A stretch of 64,000 bases of DNA from positions 86,994,274 to 87,058,273 of the forward strand of contig NC_057719.1 of assembly GCF_004010195.1 (NCBI RefSeq). Direction: 5' to 3'. The notes beneath the pieces were generated by a model that did not search any database, had not been told where the DNA came from, and saw only the letters and a list, made by a program, of their open reading frames with translations. Every line of letters starts with the position of its first letter. Position 1 is the first letter of the stretch. The stretch comes from Chiloscyllium plagiosum (lineage: Eukaryota). The position numbers and the translations under genes are program-made. Positions 62,393 through 64,000 of the stretch are shown piece after piece.

Positions 62393-62866
62393 TAGAACAT
62401 AGAAGAATACAGCGCAGTACAGGCCCTTTGGCCCTCGATGTTGCGCCGATCCAAGCCCACCTAACCTATACTAACCCACTATCCTCCATATACCTATCCA
62501 ATGCCCGATTAAATGCCCATAAAGAGGGAGAGTCCAACAATGCCCTGCCAGTAGCAGTGGTGGACTCTCCCTCTTTATAGGCATTTAAGCGGGCATTGGA
62601 TAGGCATATGGAGGATAGTGGGCTAGTGTAGGTTAAGTGGGCTTGGATCGGCGCAACATCGAGGGCCAAAAGGCCTGTACTGCGCTCCAGTTGCGGCCGC
62701 ACCAGAGTCTTATACACCTGCATCATGACCTCAGGACTCCGGAACTGAATTCCTCTACCAATAAAAGCCAGTACGCCATATGCCTTCCTCACCGCACTAT
62801 TTACCTGGGTGGCAACTTTCAGAGATCTGTGTACATGGACACCAAGATCCCTCTGCTCATCCACAT
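62393..62866 (-). mobile_element. Short CR1 with internal fold-back inversion
   Basis: tagaacatagaa tail; EQRDLGVHVHRSLKV..YKTLVRPQLE; arms 62411-62536 / 62561-62686. Confidence 0.88.
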
Positions 62867-63384
62867 TTTAAAGCTGTAATTTTTCTCACTCCTGGGGGAG
62901 ACATCATTTGGGGGAAAAGAAATGGAAATTTTTGAGTATCATTTTGTTTTTATTTGCATTAACTTGATCACTTTGGTGTTAAACTATTGTTGTAGAAGGC
63001 TTTGGCACTGAGGAGTTTCGTATGTTAAATGTATTTATTAATGAAAAGTTTTAAAAATTTAAGTGGCCGTTTACTGCAGCAATGGCTCACTGTCCAGCTT
63101 GAGGGCGCCATGGGGTTGGATCACACTTCAGCAAATTGAGCACTAAATCTGAGCTGCGCTTCAGTCCAGTCCTGAAGCAAATTCTTCATTGCCAAAGGTG
63201 TCACACTTCAATTGATAAATTGTATTTGGCCCATCTTGCTCAGGGAGATGCAAAAGATTCCATTAAGTTTTTCAAAAAAAAAGAGAAAATTCTCCTAATA
63301 TCAAGCCATCACCTCTCCCTTGAGCCAAAGTTGTTTTTTCTGCCTTGTGGACTTGGTGTGCATTTGGGTATGGTAGTATGTTAG

Positions 63385-63710
63385 TCATGTTAGTTCACTG
63401 ATGATTCAGATGCTTTTGAGAAACAAATTCAAATCCCACTGCAGCAACTGGGGTGGGTGGGAGGAGGGGAGGTGGGGGTTAAATTTAAGGTGAATTGTTT
63501 CAAAAATCTGGAGCAAAGTACCAGTCTCAAACTACTGTCAAATCCCATCTTATTAACTCTTCTTTCGGGGAGAAAATCTCCCATCCCTAACTGTGTTGAT
63601 GCCATACCCACAGTAATATTGTTGCCTGTCAAAGGCCTTCTGAAATGATTGAGCAAATTGAGCAATAAATGCTGCCTTTGCCAGTGATGATCATATCCAA
63701 AGAACATTTT
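63385..63710 (+). mobile_element. Degenerate family-B-related SINE
   Basis: ttcaaatcccac...aaaatctgg...caataaatgctgcc tail. Confidence 0.55.
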
Positions 63711-63954
63711 TTTTAGACATGGTTGTTGCATTTGCCTTCATAATATAAACTGTAAAGTTAATTTTTTTGATACAAGGGTGCTCTGGGTTCCTTGGAAAAT
63801 TTACCATATAAATGTAAGGTTTTTTCTTTGAATGTTGTAATGGAATGGATCATCACTATTGCATTTCCTTGTATAGTGATACTTGACAGATGATACCCTT
63901 CTAGATCTCCCTGCTTGTCCTTTAAAACACTGGACTCTGTTGTTCCCTGTGCAG

Positions 63955-64000
63955 ATTGAGATCTTAATGTACTGCCAACTGAAAAGTAGGCAGAAGATGC
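63955..64000 (+). CDS. INO80: INO80 coding exon 19, partial (IEILMYCQLKSRQKM...)
   Basis: gtgcag acceptor; continues the frame; runs off the window. Confidence 0.93.
   Translation, partial: MEILMYCQLKSRQKM

Overview
This is a vertebrate genomic window, most likely a shark or other elasmobranch, judging from HE1/V-SINE-type, Deu-domain SINE and CR1 repeats. It holds the 5' half of INO80 (chromatin-remodelling ATPase) on the + strand: 19 GT-AG coding exons from the ATG at 113 to the window edge. These give 2317 coding nt (~772 codons) in one continuous frame, covering the N-terminus, HSA/DBINO region, Walker A and DEAQ box. The introns are mostly nested retroelements: CR1 LINEs (two near full length with ORF1 esterase), a second CR1/L2-group LINE, L2 remnants, V-SINEs, Deu-domain SINEs, another tRNA-derived SINE, and several Penelope-like elements (PLEs) carrying minimal hammerhead ribozyme cores. 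There is one 621-N assembly gap. The most interesting structures are: (1) a PLE-centred palindrome at 53016-54094 that duplicates host flank, with its putative target-site duplication (TSD) partner 2.3 kb upstream; (2) tiny hairpin PLE insertions with a fixed inversion breakpoint; (3) a conserved donor/branch/acceptor cassette in the 5' UTRs of two divergent CR1s; (4) a tRNA-Ala fused to a V-SINE inside a CR1; (5) a 27-nt filler at a SINE junction matching sequence 4 kb away; (6) a CR1-tail fold-back hairpin. Repeat boundaries are approximate and family names come from recognition, not database searches.
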